Positions 16,498-26,338 of a stretch of DNA of 45,781 nucleotides are shown here, piece after piece; position 1 is the first letter of the stretch; every line of letters starts with the position of its first letter. The notes beneath the pieces were generated by a model, which did no database searches, was not told the origin of the DNA, and saw nothing but the letters and a program-made list of their open reading frames with translations. The position numbers and the translations under genes are program-made. The DNA comes from a virus (Duplodnaviria > Caudoviricetes), in IMG/VR virus record IMGVR_UViG_3300048848_000278, positions 1-45,781 of that record. One strand, 5' to 3'.

Positions 16498-17384
16498 GCA
16501 ATCGCCTCATCACGGAAGCGTACCGCCGCGACCTGCGCACCCCGATGCGCAAGGGCGTCATGGCGTTGCTCGCCGACAAGGCCGACGATGACGGCACGGG
16601 CATCTATGCGTCGAAGCAGACGATGGCTGATGAGCTCTGCTGCTCGAAGCAGGCGATGCTGGACACGATCAAGGCGTTCATCGCAGAGGGGTTGCTGATC
16701 GAGGCAGGTCAGCGGCGCGCACCGAACGGCTTCACGGTTGAATACGCGATCGTGGTCGAAGCGCTGGAGGCCTTGCCGCTGGTGAAAAGCCATGCGGATC
16801 GCCTCGCGCGTCAATCCGCCACGTTGACCGGTCAACGCCCTGCACCGGTCAAGCAGGTTGACCGGTCAACGCCGCTGACCCCACCCGTCCAGCAGGTTGA
16901 CCCTAACCCTCCTGAACCCTCTCCTTCGAAGGCTTCGCCTTCTTCGGAGCGCGAGCAGGTGCAGCCGCAATCGTGCGATCGGAACGGGCAGGGCGCTGAT
17001 GCATCGAAGGTCCCGTCGGCGAAACGACGCTGGCCGAAGGACATGCCGCCGCCGCCGGGTGTGAGCGACGAGCAGTGGACCGGGTTCGTCGACCATCGCC
17101 GCGCCAAGCGATCGACGCTGACCCCTCGGGCTTACGAGCTGCTCTGCGGCAGGCTCGCCAGCACGACACTGGCCGAATGGCCGCCCGGCAGGATCATCGA
17201 CACCATCGTCGAACGCAATTGGACGAGCTTTCAGCAGGAATGGCTCAACAGGATCACGGAGCAGGAAAATGGCACAGGACATCACCACAATCGATCAGGG
17301 CGGGGCGGTGAGCGAGGGCGGGGCGAATACCGTGACCCGCTGCTCCGCCACTATGCTGGCGGCGGCGATCCCGGCTTGGGTTGA
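16494..17384 (+). CDS. Phage replication initiator (lambda O-like, N-terminal wHTH)
   Basis: KGVMALLADKADDDG..IYASKQTMADELCCSKQ; W..FVDHRRAKR C-terminal domain; internal iterons. Confidence 0.8.
   Translation: MSNRLITEAYRRDLRTPMRKGVMALLADKADDDGTGIYASKQTMADELCCSKQAMLDTIKAFIAEGLLIEAGQRRAPNGFTVEYAIVVEALEALPLVKSHADRLARQSATLTGQRPAPVKQVDRSTPLTPPVQQVDPNPPEPSPSKASPSSEREQVQPQSCDRNGQGADASKVPSAKRRWPKDMPPPPGVSDEQWTGFVDHRRAKRSTLTPRAYELLCGRLASTTLAEWPPGRIIDTIVERNWTSFQQEWLNRITEQENGTGHHHNRSGRGGERGRGEYRDPLLRHYAGGGDPGLG
16822..16902 (+). repeat. Replication origin iterons, 17-bp GGTCAA-N5-TTGACC units
   Basis: Units at 16830-16846, 16847-16863, 16864-16880, 16886-16902 inside the initiator gene. Confidence 0.75.
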
Positions 17385-17922
17385 TCGGCGCGCGCTCGAT
17401 GCCAGCTTCCCCCATGGTTACGGCATGCCGGTCCCGGCAGGATCGGCAGACGGCCTGCGCAACGCCGCGATGATGCATGCCGAAGCGCTGGCGCCGAGCA
17501 CGAGCCACGAACGGCACAGCGTGCTGATGGGCCTGCGATCTGGCACCATCGTTCGCGACGAGGACGCGGCCGAGGCGGATGCCACGATAAAGCTGCTGCG
17601 GGTCCACCTCGACGACGTGCCGCTCGATATCCTTCAGGCGGCATGCCGCGCCTATTGCAATGCCCCCGGTCGACGCTTCTTCCCGAAGTCGGCTGGCGAA
17701 CTGCGCACGTTCGTCAATCCCATGCTGTTCGAACGCCGGGCGCGAGCGATGCGCCTCGCGCGGCTTGCCGATCAGGCGGAGCGTGAAGATGCGCGTGCGG
17801 CCGAGCTGGCCGCTGATCCGCTGACGCCGGAGGACATGCGGGAGATCATGGCGGCGGCCAAGTTGAAGGCATCCACCGTGGGGAAGATCCATTCCATGAC
17901 GGAGCGCCGCGCAGCTGCATGA
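17269..17922 (+). CDS. Replication accessory protein (possible helicase loader/inhibitor, lambda P position)
   Basis: L.DVPLD.L..AC.......RFFPKSAGELR motif; follows the initiator; start may be ATG 17353. Confidence 0.55.
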   Translation: MAQDITTIDQGGAVSEGGANTVTRCSATMLAAAIPAWVDRRALDASFPHGYGMPVPAGSADGLRNAAMMHAEALAPSTSHERHSVLMGLRSGTIVRDEDAAEADATIKLLRVHLDDVPLDILQAACRAYCNAPGRRFFPKSAGELRTFVNPMLFERRARAMRLARLADQAEREDARAAELAADPLTPEDMREIMAAAKLKASTVGKIHSMTERRAAA

Positions 17923-18305
17923 GCCCGCCGCATGCAATCGACACGACCAGCGCATGCCACCGCGTGCTCACCGCCATACGCCAGTATCGGCGGGAGCACG
18001 GCTGCTCGCCTAGCCTCGGCGAGATCGCCCGCCGCACGCGAGTTCGCCGCCAGCACGTCGGCCGCTACCTCGCCAGCCTCCAAGCCGACGGCTATCTCAT
18101 ATACGACCGTGCAGCGGTCGAGACGATCAAGCTGGCGGACCCGGCTGCGAACCTGAGCGACCTTGACCTAGAGCTTGCGTGCCACGGCCGCGGCTGGACC
18201 GTCGTCAAGTCACGAGCGCCCGCCATCGTCGAGGCATATCCAATCGAGACAGCACCACAGGGCTGGGAGGTTGATCTCTTGGCGGGATTGGTCGGGCAGG
18301 GCTGA
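17919..18305 (+). CDS. LexA N-terminal-like wHTH protein without peptidase domain
   Basis: RVLTAIRQYRREHGCSPSLGEIAR...VGRYLASLQADGYL. Confidence 0.7.
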   Translation: MSPPHAIDTTSACHRVLTAIRQYRREHGCSPSLGEIARRTRVRRQHVGRYLASLQADGYLIYDRAAVETIKLADPAANLSDLDLELACHGRGWTVVKSRAPAIVEAYPIETAPQGWEVDLLAGLVGQG

Positions 18306-18320
18306 TATGATCCCCATTCT

Positions 18321-19334
18321 CTACCGGCGCAGCGGGATCCCACTGACCAGCACCCGCTGATCGGCATCGGTGAGGCCGGCTTCTTCAAGCAACTGCACGA
18401 ACCCATCTCTCACGAGGGCTTCGTTGCTCGTCGGACCTATGATTATCCTGGTGAGCAGATCGCTCAGCCCCTCGCTGGTGACCTCGGTTTCACCCGGGCG
18501 GCGCATCGGCAGGTAATACACCTTTTGCACGATGCCGCTCAGGCAGACGATCTTGCTCGGTATCTCGCTAGGATCAAAATCGCCGACTGGCTCGACAGCC
18601 TCCTGGCGGTGGATCAAACGCCATTCCTCCTCCTCGGCAAAGCCTGGGTGCTTTGTCGTCAGCAGCAGGGTCTCGAGGCTCTCCTTCAACTCGGCCTCGA
18701 TCAGGTGCGGCGGCACCCGTGAAAGCTCATCTTTTCGGGCAAGCATCGCAGCTAGTATCCGCTCGAATTCACCTCGGACCTCCTCGACGCCGAAGTACAT
18801 GACCGGGCTGAGTATGACGGGCCATGCGTAGCTCCCGACATACAGAGCCTCGAGATCGAAAACGAGTGCGACATTCGTAGTGCCTCCGTAAGCCCGCCAC
18901 ATGCTCAGGCGGCCACTCTTCAGCTCTTCCGGTGAGTGACGAGAAAGGGACAGCAGGAACGTATTGCGCCGGATGTCTTCGAGGCCGTTCTCCATAAGGG
19001 TGGCGACAGGAGCCGAGTTAGGCGCAAGCGCTTGGTACGCTTTGTTGAACGCTTTTTCGAAATGCGGATCAGCGAATGCCTCCACGATCATTTCCTGACC
19101 GTAGCTTAGCTCCTTGAAGTCGTTCATGACGGTGGCATTGCGCAGCCAAAGACATCGTTTGTCGTCTCGCGCCGAGATGATGTCGAATGCTGCTTGTGCC
19201 GTCGTATAGTGAGCGAGCTTATCGGGGAGCACCATCTCATCAATCACCTGACCGCTCGGCCCCTTGAATTGATAGGAAAATACGTCCGTCAGAAGCGGTA
19301 TGTGCTCCCGCTTTGCGTCGAAGTCGTCAGCCAC
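18321..19334 (-). CDS. DUF2971 domain protein (antisense moron)
   Basis: HYTT, LWLRNA..MND..E, LSMWRAYG, KHPGF.EEEEWR, IIIGP motifs; GTG start after AGGGGA (longer ORF open to 19529); visibly more AT-rich. Confidence 0.8.
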   Translation of the reverse strand: MADDFDAKREHIPLLTDVFSYQFKGPSGQVIDEMVLPDKLAHYTTAQAAFDIISARDDKRCLWLRNATVMNDFKELSYGQEMIVEAFADPHFEKAFNKAYQALAPNSAPVATLMENGLEDIRRNTFLLSLSRHSPEELKSGRLSMWRAYGGTTNVALVFDLEALYVGSYAWPVILSPVMYFGVEEVRGEFERILAAMLARKDELSRVPPHLIEAELKESLETLLLTTKHPGFAEEEEWRLIHRQEAVEPVGDFDPSEIPSKIVCLSGIVQKVYYLPMRRPGETEVTSEGLSDLLTRIIIGPTSNEALVRDGFVQLLEEAGLTDADQRVLVSGIPLRR

Positions 19335-19501
19335 CGCATTCCCCTGAATGAGTCGTAAATAGCTCTTTGCGCAAGGGGGTAGGGCTTTGGCGGTGAACGG
19401 GAAAGTGGCGTTCATGGTGCCGATTTGGGAACTCCCGAAAACCGATCTGCTGAAGCACATAGAGTGAACGCAGCCCGCCGGCGTGCGGCGGGGCCCGAGA
19501 T

Positions 19502-20161
19502 ATGATGCACCAGTCAATTGCGACACCACGTAGGCCTCGCGATTGGTGTATCCTCCGGACAGCCGCCAGCCAGACGGTCACGCTGGCGAAATCGCTAACC
19601 GACGCTGGGTTCGAAGTGTGGACGCCGACCAAATCGCACAAGCGCATGCTGATCGGCGGGCGTCGGTCGAAGACAGTCACTCAGGTGGCGATCGTCCCCA
19701 CCATCGTCTTCGCCCGCGGCGATCAGAGGCGTGCGCTCGCCGAAGCAGCAGCCGAGGCCGTCAGCCCGCACCCGGCCTTTTCGCTGTTCGAACCCTCGGG
19801 CTGCGTTCCCTTCGTCAGCGGCGCTCAGATCATTGGTTTGCGCCAAGAGGAGGAGCGGGCAGCCGCCGAGTATGCTCGCATCGAGGAGATCGAAGATCGC
19901 GAGGAGCGGCGCAAGGCGCGAGCAACTGCGCTGCGAACCGAGAAAGCCCGGCGCAAGGCGATGCGCATGGAGCGCCGCAACCTGCCGCCCAGCAGTTCTG
20001 TTGAGGTGATGGACATGGCGGCGCTGGCCGGCGTTATCGGTACGGTTGAAAGCTGCGACGGCCGTTCTGCCGTGGTCAACTTCGGCGGTTCGCTGGTTAT
20101 GACTGTCGAGGCTTGGCGTCTTACGGAACTTGCTGTACAGAGCGGGAACATCGCCGCCTAA
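19502..20161 (+). CDS. NusG-family transcription antiterminator (late regulator, Q position)
   Basis: NGN WCILRT...GFEVWTP...IVPTIVFAR; C-terminal KOW-like VEV.DM.ALAG.IGTV. Confidence 0.75.
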   Translation: MMHQSIATPRRPRDWCILRTAASQTVTLAKSLTDAGFEVWTPTKSHKRMLIGGRRSKTVTQVAIVPTIVFARGDQRRALAEAAAEAVSPHPAFSLFEPSGCVPFVSGAQIIGLRQEEERAAAEYARIEEIEDREERRKARATALRTEKARRKAMRMERRNLPPSSSVEVMDMAALAGVIGTVESCDGRSAVVNFGGSLVMTVEAWRLTELAVQSGNIAA

Positions 20162-20287
20162 GCGGGCTGCGGACGGGTTTGATCTTGGCGCTCTATGCCA
20201 TGCGACCGTCCCACAATCGCGGGAGCAAGCGCTCCCCCGCGAGTGCGGCGCATATCTACATCATCCCGTACCGTGATGGAGGTGGCC

Positions 20288-20545
20288 ATGGGTCACTCGT
20301 CCGCCTTGCCAGGCACCGTCATCAGCCGCCACTTCGAGGTGGTAGATGGGCACGACATGACCGTGGGCAGCGTCAAGCATTCCACCCGGGCGCATGCGCA
20401 CGATCTACGTGAAGCCCTGACCGGGACAAACGGGCTCGGCGTGCTTGCGGTGGCCGAGGTCACCGAACGTCTCGTCATACATCGCGAGGTTCGCCGGGTC
20501 GGCGATCACGGTGGCCATACCAATGCCGGAGCCGCACGTGGGTAG
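20288..20545 (+). CDS. Small hypothetical protein
   Basis: GGAGG SD before ATG. Confidence 0.5.
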   Translation: MGHSSALPGTVISRHFEVVDGHDMTVGSVKHSTRAHAHDLREALTGTNGLGVLAVAEVTERLVIHREVRRVGDHGGHTNAGAARG

Positions 20546-20717
20546 ATCCTCCAATGCCAGTACGTCCGTGATCCTCGAACGTCTCGCATGCGAGCTTCAC
20601 GGAGCGGCCTTCGACTTCCAAGAAGATGTCGAGTGTCATCTCGCTGCCGAAGCACGGATCGAGAATGTCGAGCGCATTGTCGCCGAGGCGCGGGCCACGG
20701 TTCGCGGCCGAGGCTGA
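20538..20717 (+). CDS. Small hypothetical protein
   Basis: GGAG SD, GTG start overlapping the upstream gene. Confidence 0.45.
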   Translation: MGRSSNASTSVILERLACELHGAAFDFQEDVECHLAAEARIENVERIVAEARATVRGRG

Positions 20718-20810
20718 CAAGGTTGGGATGAGCTTGAGGCGTAGCCCAATCGTCAGACCAGCGTGCGGCCCCGGCCTTCTCGGCAATCGAAATAATCATT
20801 GGAGAAAGTC

Positions 20811-21461
20811 ATGAGCACCTTGCAGCAAGGCGACGATGCAGCTGCGGCCGTCGCGGTCGCTGCCCGCGTCACCCTCGACGACGTCAATGCGAAGATCGTC
20901 GGCGAGGAATATGCCGTGTTCGGCGGCGTGCTGACGGTCTGCGTGCTGTTCCTTGCGAACGGCTTCACGGTCACCGGTGAGTCGGCGTGCGCCGCTCCCG
21001 AAAACTTCAACGCCGAGCTTGGGCGCCAGTTCGCGCGAGAGCGCGCTGTGGCGAAGGTGTGGGGCCTCGAGGGCTATCTGCTCCGCGAGCGCCTGCATGC
21101 CGGCACGCAGGGCAAGGTCGAGCTGCTGGCGCGCATCGCCCATGAGGTGAACCGCCAGTGGTGCGCCTACAATGGCGATCTGTCGCAGCCCGCATGGGCA
21201 GACGCTCCGGCATGGCAGCGGTCGTCGGCGATCAACGGCGTGCGCTTTCATCAGGCCAATCCGCACGCGGGCGACAGCGCGTCGCACGACAGTTGGATGT
21301 CGGAGAAGGTGGACTCCGGCTGGGTGTTTGGCGAGATCAAGGATCCAGACGCTCTGCCGCCGACGCACCCCTGCATCGTGCCCTTCGATAAGCTGCCCTC
21401 CGACCAGCAGTTCAAGGACCGGCTGTTTCGAACCATCGTTCACGCCGGCCTCACGGGTTAA
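20811..21461 (+). CDS. Gp49/Sf6-gp66-family domain fused to a RyR-domain
   Basis: N: RVTLDD...LTVCVL.L.NGFTVTGESAC..PENFNAELG...A..KVW.LEGYLLRE; C: ARIAHEVNR.W...H.SWM.EK...GW.FG..KD....THPC.VPF..LP..Q..KD. Confidence 0.8.
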   Translation: MSTLQQGDDAAAAVAVAARVTLDDVNAKIVGEEYAVFGGVLTVCVLFLANGFTVTGESACAAPENFNAELGRQFARERAVAKVWGLEGYLLRERLHAGTQGKVELLARIAHEVNRQWCAYNGDLSQPAWADAPAWQRSSAINGVRFHQANPHAGDSASHDSWMSEKVDSGWVFGEIKDPDALPPTHPCIVPFDKLPSDQQFKDRLFRTIVHAGLTG

Positions 21462-21473
21462 GCCGGCGCCATC

Positions 21474-21833
21474 ATGGGTAAGCTCAAGGCCCTGCCGAAC
21501 CGCCTGACGGCGCTCAGGCCAGGCCTCGGCGCCCTGCCACCTGTCGAGCGCACCCGCGACGAGGATCGCGCGCTGCACGCACCGTGGCGCAAGCTCTACA
21601 AGACGGCGCGATGGCGTGCCCTGCGCATGGTCATCCTGATCCGCGATATGTTCACGTGCCAGTGGCCCGGCTGCGGGCTGATGACGTCGGACACATCGCA
21701 GTTGGTCGTTGACCACAAGAAGCCTCACCGCGGCGATGAGACGCTGTTCTGGGACGAGGACAACCTGCAGACCCTTTGCGCGCCCTGTCACAACGGCCGA
21801 AAGCAGCGCGCCGAGCGCGCCCAGCGGCACTGA
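21474..21833 (+). CDS. HNH endonuclease (terminase cofactor, HK97 gp74-like)
   Basis: RDMFTCQWPGCG...VVDHKKPH.GD..LFWD..NLQTLC..CHN..K; position before terS. Confidence 0.9.
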   Translation: MGKLKALPNRLTALRPGLGALPPVERTRDEDRALHAPWRKLYKTARWRALRMVILIRDMFTCQWPGCGLMTSDTSQLVVDHKKPHRGDETLFWDEDNLQTLCAPCHNGRKQRAERAQRH

Positions 21834-21969
21834 CCGGCCCTCCCCCCAGGGGGGGGGTAGGTCCGATCTCGGCCGAGGCCCGCCCTACTGGACCCCATAG
21901 GCTCCCACGCGCAGATTATTTTCCCCTGAGGTTTCGGGGTGCGTACTTTTTGGCCGGAGGTGCCGCGGT
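21834..21969. other. Probable cos/packaging region
   Basis: Non-coding gap between HNH and terS with a C-run/G-run (CCCCCCAGGGGGGGGG), as in HK97-like cos phages; cut site not determinable. Confidence 0.45.
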
Positions 21970-22533
21970 ATGGCAACTCGCAAGTCTACTTACGACTGGA
22001 CGCGCATCGAGCTCGAATACTTGGCCGGCGAAGATTCCATTCGTGAAATAGCTGACCGGCACGAGATTTCAGAAGGCGCTATTCGGAAGCGCGCGAAGGC
22101 TGAGAAGTGGGTTCGGGCGGTACGCAAGGTGCGCACCGCGCGTACTTTGCCACCGGCGGCTGCGGACACACCGGTCGAGCGGCCGCCGACGCCGGATGCA
22201 TCCGTGATTGCCGATCGCGGCCGTGGGCTGGTCGCCCGCATGCTCGACGAGCTGGATGCGACGACGACCCATATCGGCGAACTCGAAGACATGATCGAGG
22301 ATGTCACGGCCGACGATCGCGACGGCCGGCGCCGCGACGGCATGCTGAGCGCCCTCAGCCTCAACGGTCGAGCGAAGACGCTGAAAGAGCTCGCGACCGC
22401 GTTCAAGACGATCAACGAGGCGTCGGCGCCGCAGGGGAAGAAGGCTGCAGCGCAGGAGCGTGCCCGCGAGGTCGCAGGAGGTAGTCGCTTCCGCCCGGTG
22501 GGGACGCCGGCTCTCAAAGTCGTAAAGCCGTAG
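21970..22533 (+). CDS. terS: Terminase small subunit
   Basis: [33 protein letters not shown]; directly upstream of terL. Confidence 0.8.
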   Translation: MATRKSTYDWTRIELEYLAGEDSIREIADRHEISEGAIRKRAKAEKWVRAVRKVRTARTLPPAAADTPVERPPTPDASVIADRGRGLVARMLDELDATTTHIGELEDMIEDVTADDRDGRRRDGMLSALSLNGRAKTLKELATAFKTINEASAPQGKKAAAQERAREVAGGSRFRPVGTPALKVVKP

Positions 22534-22534
22534 G

Positions 22535-24226
22535 TTGGCCGACCCCATATGGTCGACGGCGTGCCTCGACTGGAAGCGCCGTATTCGAGACCGCCGGTCG
22601 CTGATCCCGTTTCCGCCGCTGTTCCCCGCTTCCGCCGAAGCGAAAATGGCGGTCTTTACCTCTCTCAAGATCGTCGATCTGCCCGGCCAGCCGACCTTCG
22701 GCGAAGCAAGCGACGAATGGCTGCTCGACTTCGCGGCAGCTGTCTTCGGGGCGTTCGACCCTGAGACGAACCGGCAGATCATCAACGAGTACATGCTGCT
22801 GATCAGCAAGAAGAACACCAAGTCGACGCTCGCGGCGGGCATCATGCTGACCGAACTCGCCTGCGGCTTCCGTGCCTACGACGAGAACCTGATCCTCGCG
22901 CCGACCAAGGAGGTCGCGGCGAACAGCTTTGGTCCGGCGATGGGGATGATCGACGCCGACGAGGAATTGACCGACCTTCTGAAGCATCAGGAACACCTCA
23001 AGCTCATCACGCACCGCGAGATGAAATCGACCTTGAAGGTCGTCGCAGCGGACAGCGCCACGGTGGCGGGCAAGAAGGCGAGCCGCGTGCTCGTCGACGA
23101 GTTGTGGCTCTTCGGTGAGATCGCAACGGCCGATTCAATGCTGAAGGAAGCAACCGGCGGGCAGGTCAGCCGACCCGAGGGCTATACGATCTACCTGACG
23201 ACGCAGTCGGACAAGCCTCCGGCCGGCGTCTTCAAGCAGAAGCTCAACTACTTCCGGGACGTGCGAGACGGCAAGATCGTCGACCCACGCAAACTCCCGG
23301 TGCTCTACGAATTCCCGGACGAGATGGTCGCCGAGGGCGAGCACATGAAGCCGGCCAACTTCTATGTCACCAACCCAAATATCGGGCGGTCGGTGACGCA
23401 GGAATGGCTCACCGAAAAGGCAGCTGAAGCCGACCATGACGCGGACGGCCCGCGCGCCGTCTTCTACGCCAAGCACCTCAACGTCGAGATCGGCGTCGGG
23501 CTGCGGCATGATGCATGGATCGGCGGCGTCTATTGGGAGGGCGCCAAAGCCGACCCCGCGCTATGGGACGGCTCATTCGAGCAGTTCCTCGAAATCTGCG
23601 AAGTGGTGGTCGCAGGCGGTGACGGCGGAGGCCTCGACGATCTTCTCGGTCTCGCGCTCCTCGGCCGCCACAAGGTCACCAAGCAATGGCTGCTGTGGTG
23701 CCGGGCATGGGCGCAGCAGGACGTCTTCGACCGCAGGAAGGACATCGTCAGCCGGCTGAACGACTTCATCGCCGAGAAGACGCTGGTGCGGTGCGAAGCG
23801 CCGACGCAGGATTTGATCGAAGTCGCCGACCTGCTGGAGCGGGTGAAGGACGCGGGACTATTTCCCGAGCAGGCCGCGATCGGCCTCGACCCCCAGGGCG
23901 TTACCGCGCTGGTAGACGAGCTTTCCGGCCGAGGTTTTACCGCCGAGCAGATGCTGGCCGTCAGTCAGGGCTTTCGCCTCTCGGCCGCCGTCTGGGGCAC
24001 CGAGCGCAAGCTGAAGGACGGCACGCTTCTGCACGGCGGCCAGGAACTCATGGCCTGGTGCGTCGGCAACGCGAAGGCGGAGCAGCGCGGCAACGCGGTG
24101 CTCATCACCAAGCAGATCGCCGGCAAGGCGAAGATCGATCCCCTCGTCGCCGCCTTCAACGCGGTGATGCTGATGACCCGCAATCCCGAGGCGGCCGGTA
24201 CCGGCCCCAGCGTCCTGTTTATCTGA
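22535..24226 (+). CDS. terL: Terminase large subunit
   Basis: Walker A variant SKKNTKS, Walker [23 protein letters not shown] and KIDP nuclease motifs; TTG start. Confidence 0.93.
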   Translation: MADPIWSTACLDWKRRIRDRRSLIPFPPLFPASAEAKMAVFTSLKIVDLPGQPTFGEASDEWLLDFAAAVFGAFDPETNRQIINEYMLLISKKNTKSTLAAGIMLTELACGFRAYDENLILAPTKEVAANSFGPAMGMIDADEELTDLLKHQEHLKLITHREMKSTLKVVAADSATVAGKKASRVLVDELWLFGEIATADSMLKEATGGQVSRPEGYTIYLTTQSDKPPAGVFKQKLNYFRDVRDGKIVDPRKLPVLYEFPDEMVAEGEHMKPANFYVTNPNIGRSVTQEWLTEKAAEADHDADGPRAVFYAKHLNVEIGVGLRHDAWIGGVYWEGAKADPALWDGSFEQFLEICEVVVAGGDGGGLDDLLGLALLGRHKVTKQWLLWCRAWAQQDVFDRRKDIVSRLNDFIAEKTLVRCEAPTQDLIEVADLLERVKDAGLFPEQAAIGLDPQGVTALVDELSGRGFTAEQMLAVSQGFRLSAAVWGTERKLKDGTLLHGGQELMAWCVGNAKAEQRGNAVLITKQIAGKAKIDPLVAAFNAVMLMTRNPEAAGTGPSVLFI

Positions 24227-24236
24227 GGGCTTTCCC

Positions 24237-24863
24237 ATGCAGAACCGTGCCTATTCCGTCCTCAACGTGAAGGCAGTCGACGATGCGGCGCGCGTTATCC
24301 GCGGGATCGCGACCAGCCCCACCGTCGACCGCGTCGGCGACATCATCGAGCCGCTGGGGATGAAGTTCACCAACCCCATGCCGTTCCTCTGGCAGCACAA
24401 GCACGACAAGCCGATCGGCACGGTGAAGTTCGACACGCCGACGGCGGCCGGCATCGGCTTCGAGGCGACGATCGCGCACCCCGACAGCGTCGAATCCGAA
24501 ACGCTGAAGGACCGGCTGCGTGAAGCGTGGGACTCGCTGCGGATCGGCCTCGTGCGTGCCGTCAGCGTCGGATTTCGCCCCATCGAATATTCCTACATGG
24601 AAGAAGGCGGCGTGCGCTTCATCGAGAGCGAGTGCTTCGAACTGTCGGCGGTGACAATCCCGGCGAACAGCGACGCCGTGATTAACGAGATCAAGTCGAT
24701 CGACGCCGCCCTGCGCAAGGCCGCTGGCGTCGACGAACCCGAAACTCCCGCACCCAAGGACACCGCCGCGTCAGGCAATCGTGTCCGCGTGGTCAAGCTG
24801 GATGAGCCTGCCCGCGATCGGGCCCCTCCCTTTGTGATCCGCGACATCAAGCGGCTCAACTGA
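24237..24863 (+). CDS. HK97-family prohead protease
   Basis: DRVGDIIEP, LWQH...PIG, SVGF, ELSAVTIPAN. Confidence 0.92.
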   Translation: MQNRAYSVLNVKAVDDAARVIRGIATSPTVDRVGDIIEPLGMKFTNPMPFLWQHKHDKPIGTVKFDTPTAAGIGFEATIAHPDSVESETLKDRLREAWDSLRIGLVRAVSVGFRPIEYSYMEEGGVRFIESECFELSAVTIPANSDAVINEIKSIDAALRKAAGVDEPETPAPKDTAASGNRVRVVKLDEPARDRAPPFVIRDIKRLN

Positions 24864-24880
24864 TCAAGGACAGACGACCC

Positions 24881-26272
24881 ATGAACTACGCTGAACAGAT
24901 CGCCGCTTTCGAGAAGAAGCGTGCGGCGCTGGTGGCTGCCAACACCACCATCATGCAGAAGGCCGCCGCCGACGGCGCGACCCTCGACGCTGCCCAGACC
25001 GAGGAATTCGACAACAACCAGGCCGACATCGGATCGATCGATAGCCACCTCAAGCGCCTGCGCATCGCCGAAAAGGCGTCTGGCGAGCAGGCTGCGCCGG
25101 CCGAGGGCGGCAACGCTGCCGACGCCGCGACCACCCGCGGTGGCCACCGCATCGAGGTGAAGGGCACCAACCTGCCCAAGGGCACCGCGTTCACCCGCTA
25201 TGCGATGGCGCTGGCACGCTCGAAGGGCAACCTGATGCAGGCGGCCGAGATCTCCAAGAGCTGGCACGACAGCACGCCCGAGGTCGAGACGGTTCTCAAG
25301 GCCGCGGTCGCAGCCGGCACGACCACGGACACGGCGTGGGCGAAGCCGCTGGTCGAATATCAGAACATGACGAGCGAATTCGCTGAGCTGCTCCGCCCGG
25401 CGACGATCATCGGCCGCATCCAGGGCCTCCGCCGCGTGCCGTTCGAGATCAAGATCCCGCGTCAGACCGGCGGCTCGTCGGTCGGCTGGGTCGGTGAAGG
25501 CAAGCCGAAGCCGGTCAGCGCGCTCGCGTTCGACCAGGTGACGCTGGGCCGTGCGAAGACCGCCGGCATCGTCGTGATCACCGACGAGCTGGCGCGCGCA
25601 TCCTCGCCGTCGGCCGAGCAGGTGGTGAAGGACGATCTCGTCGCGCAGACCGCGCAGTTCCTCGACAACCAGTTCGTCGACCCGGCGAAGGCGGCTGCGG
25701 CGGGCGTCTCGCCCGCCTCGATCACCAACGGTGTGGCGCCGGTGGTGGCCTCGGGCACCGACGCCGATGCGGTGCGCAAGGATGCCAAGGCGCTGATGGC
25801 GAAGTTCCTGGCAGCCAACCTGTCGCTGGCGGGCGCCGTCTGGATCATGACCGAAATGCAGGCGCTCGGCCTTGCGCTCATGACCAATCCGCTCGGTCAG
25901 CCCGAGTTTCCGGGCATGGCCATCAATGGCGCGAGCGGCGGCACCTTCATGGGGCTGCAGGTCGTGCTGTCGGAGAACGTGCCGAGCAATGCCGGCACGG
26001 GCAACCCCGTCACCGGCGCGGGCACGCGGATCATCCTCGCCAAGGCGAACGAGATCCTGCTGGCCGATGACGGCGAAACGATGCTCGACGTCAGCAGCGA
26101 GGCATCGCTGCAGATGGAAAGCGCGCCGGATGCACCGGCGAATGCCAACACCGTGCTCGTGTCGCTCTGGCAGCACAACATGGTCGGCATCCGCGCCGAG
26201 CGGTACATCAACTGGGGCAAGCGCCGCCCGGGCGCCGTCCAGTTCATCGACAGCGCGAACTACGGCAGCTGA
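24881..26272 (+). CDS. Major capsid protein, HK97 fold with delta domain
   Basis: Coiled-coil N-terminus; IPRQTGG...WVGEG..KP, VITDEL, SLWQ.N...IRAER. Confidence 0.93.
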   Translation: MNYAEQIAAFEKKRAALVAANTTIMQKAAADGATLDAAQTEEFDNNQADIGSIDSHLKRLRIAEKASGEQAAPAEGGNAADAATTRGGHRIEVKGTNLPKGTAFTRYAMALARSKGNLMQAAEISKSWHDSTPEVETVLKAAVAAGTTTDTAWAKPLVEYQNMTSEFAELLRPATIIGRIQGLRRVPFEIKIPRQTGGSSVGWVGEGKPKPVSALAFDQVTLGRAKTAGIVVITDELARASSPSAEQVVKDDLVAQTAQFLDNQFVDPAKAAAAGVSPASITNGVAPVVASGTDADAVRKDAKALMAKFLAANLSLAGAVWIMTEMQALGLALMTNPLGQPEFPGMAINGASGGTFMGLQVVLSENVPSNAGTGNPVTGAGTRIILAKANEILLADDGETMLDVSSEASLQMESAPDAPANANTVLVSLWQHNMVGIRAERYINWGKRRPGAVQFIDSANYGS

Positions 26273-26285
26273 TCGCCGCCCGCTT

Positions 26286-26312
26286 CACCCGGCGGCCTCT
26301 AGCCGCCGGGTG
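26286..26312 (+). other. 11-bp GC hairpin after the capsid gene (mRNA stabiliser/attenuator, no U-tract)
   Basis: cacccggcggc-ctcta-gccgccgggtg. Confidence 0.55.
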
Positions 26313-26338
26313 GGCAACCCTATCGAGGAGGTGCGACG

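Noticed and set aside
24840-24900. Protease-capsid fusion by readthrough or frameshift
   Set aside because: Different frames, no slippery heptamer seen, and the capsid gene has its own SD (AAGGA)
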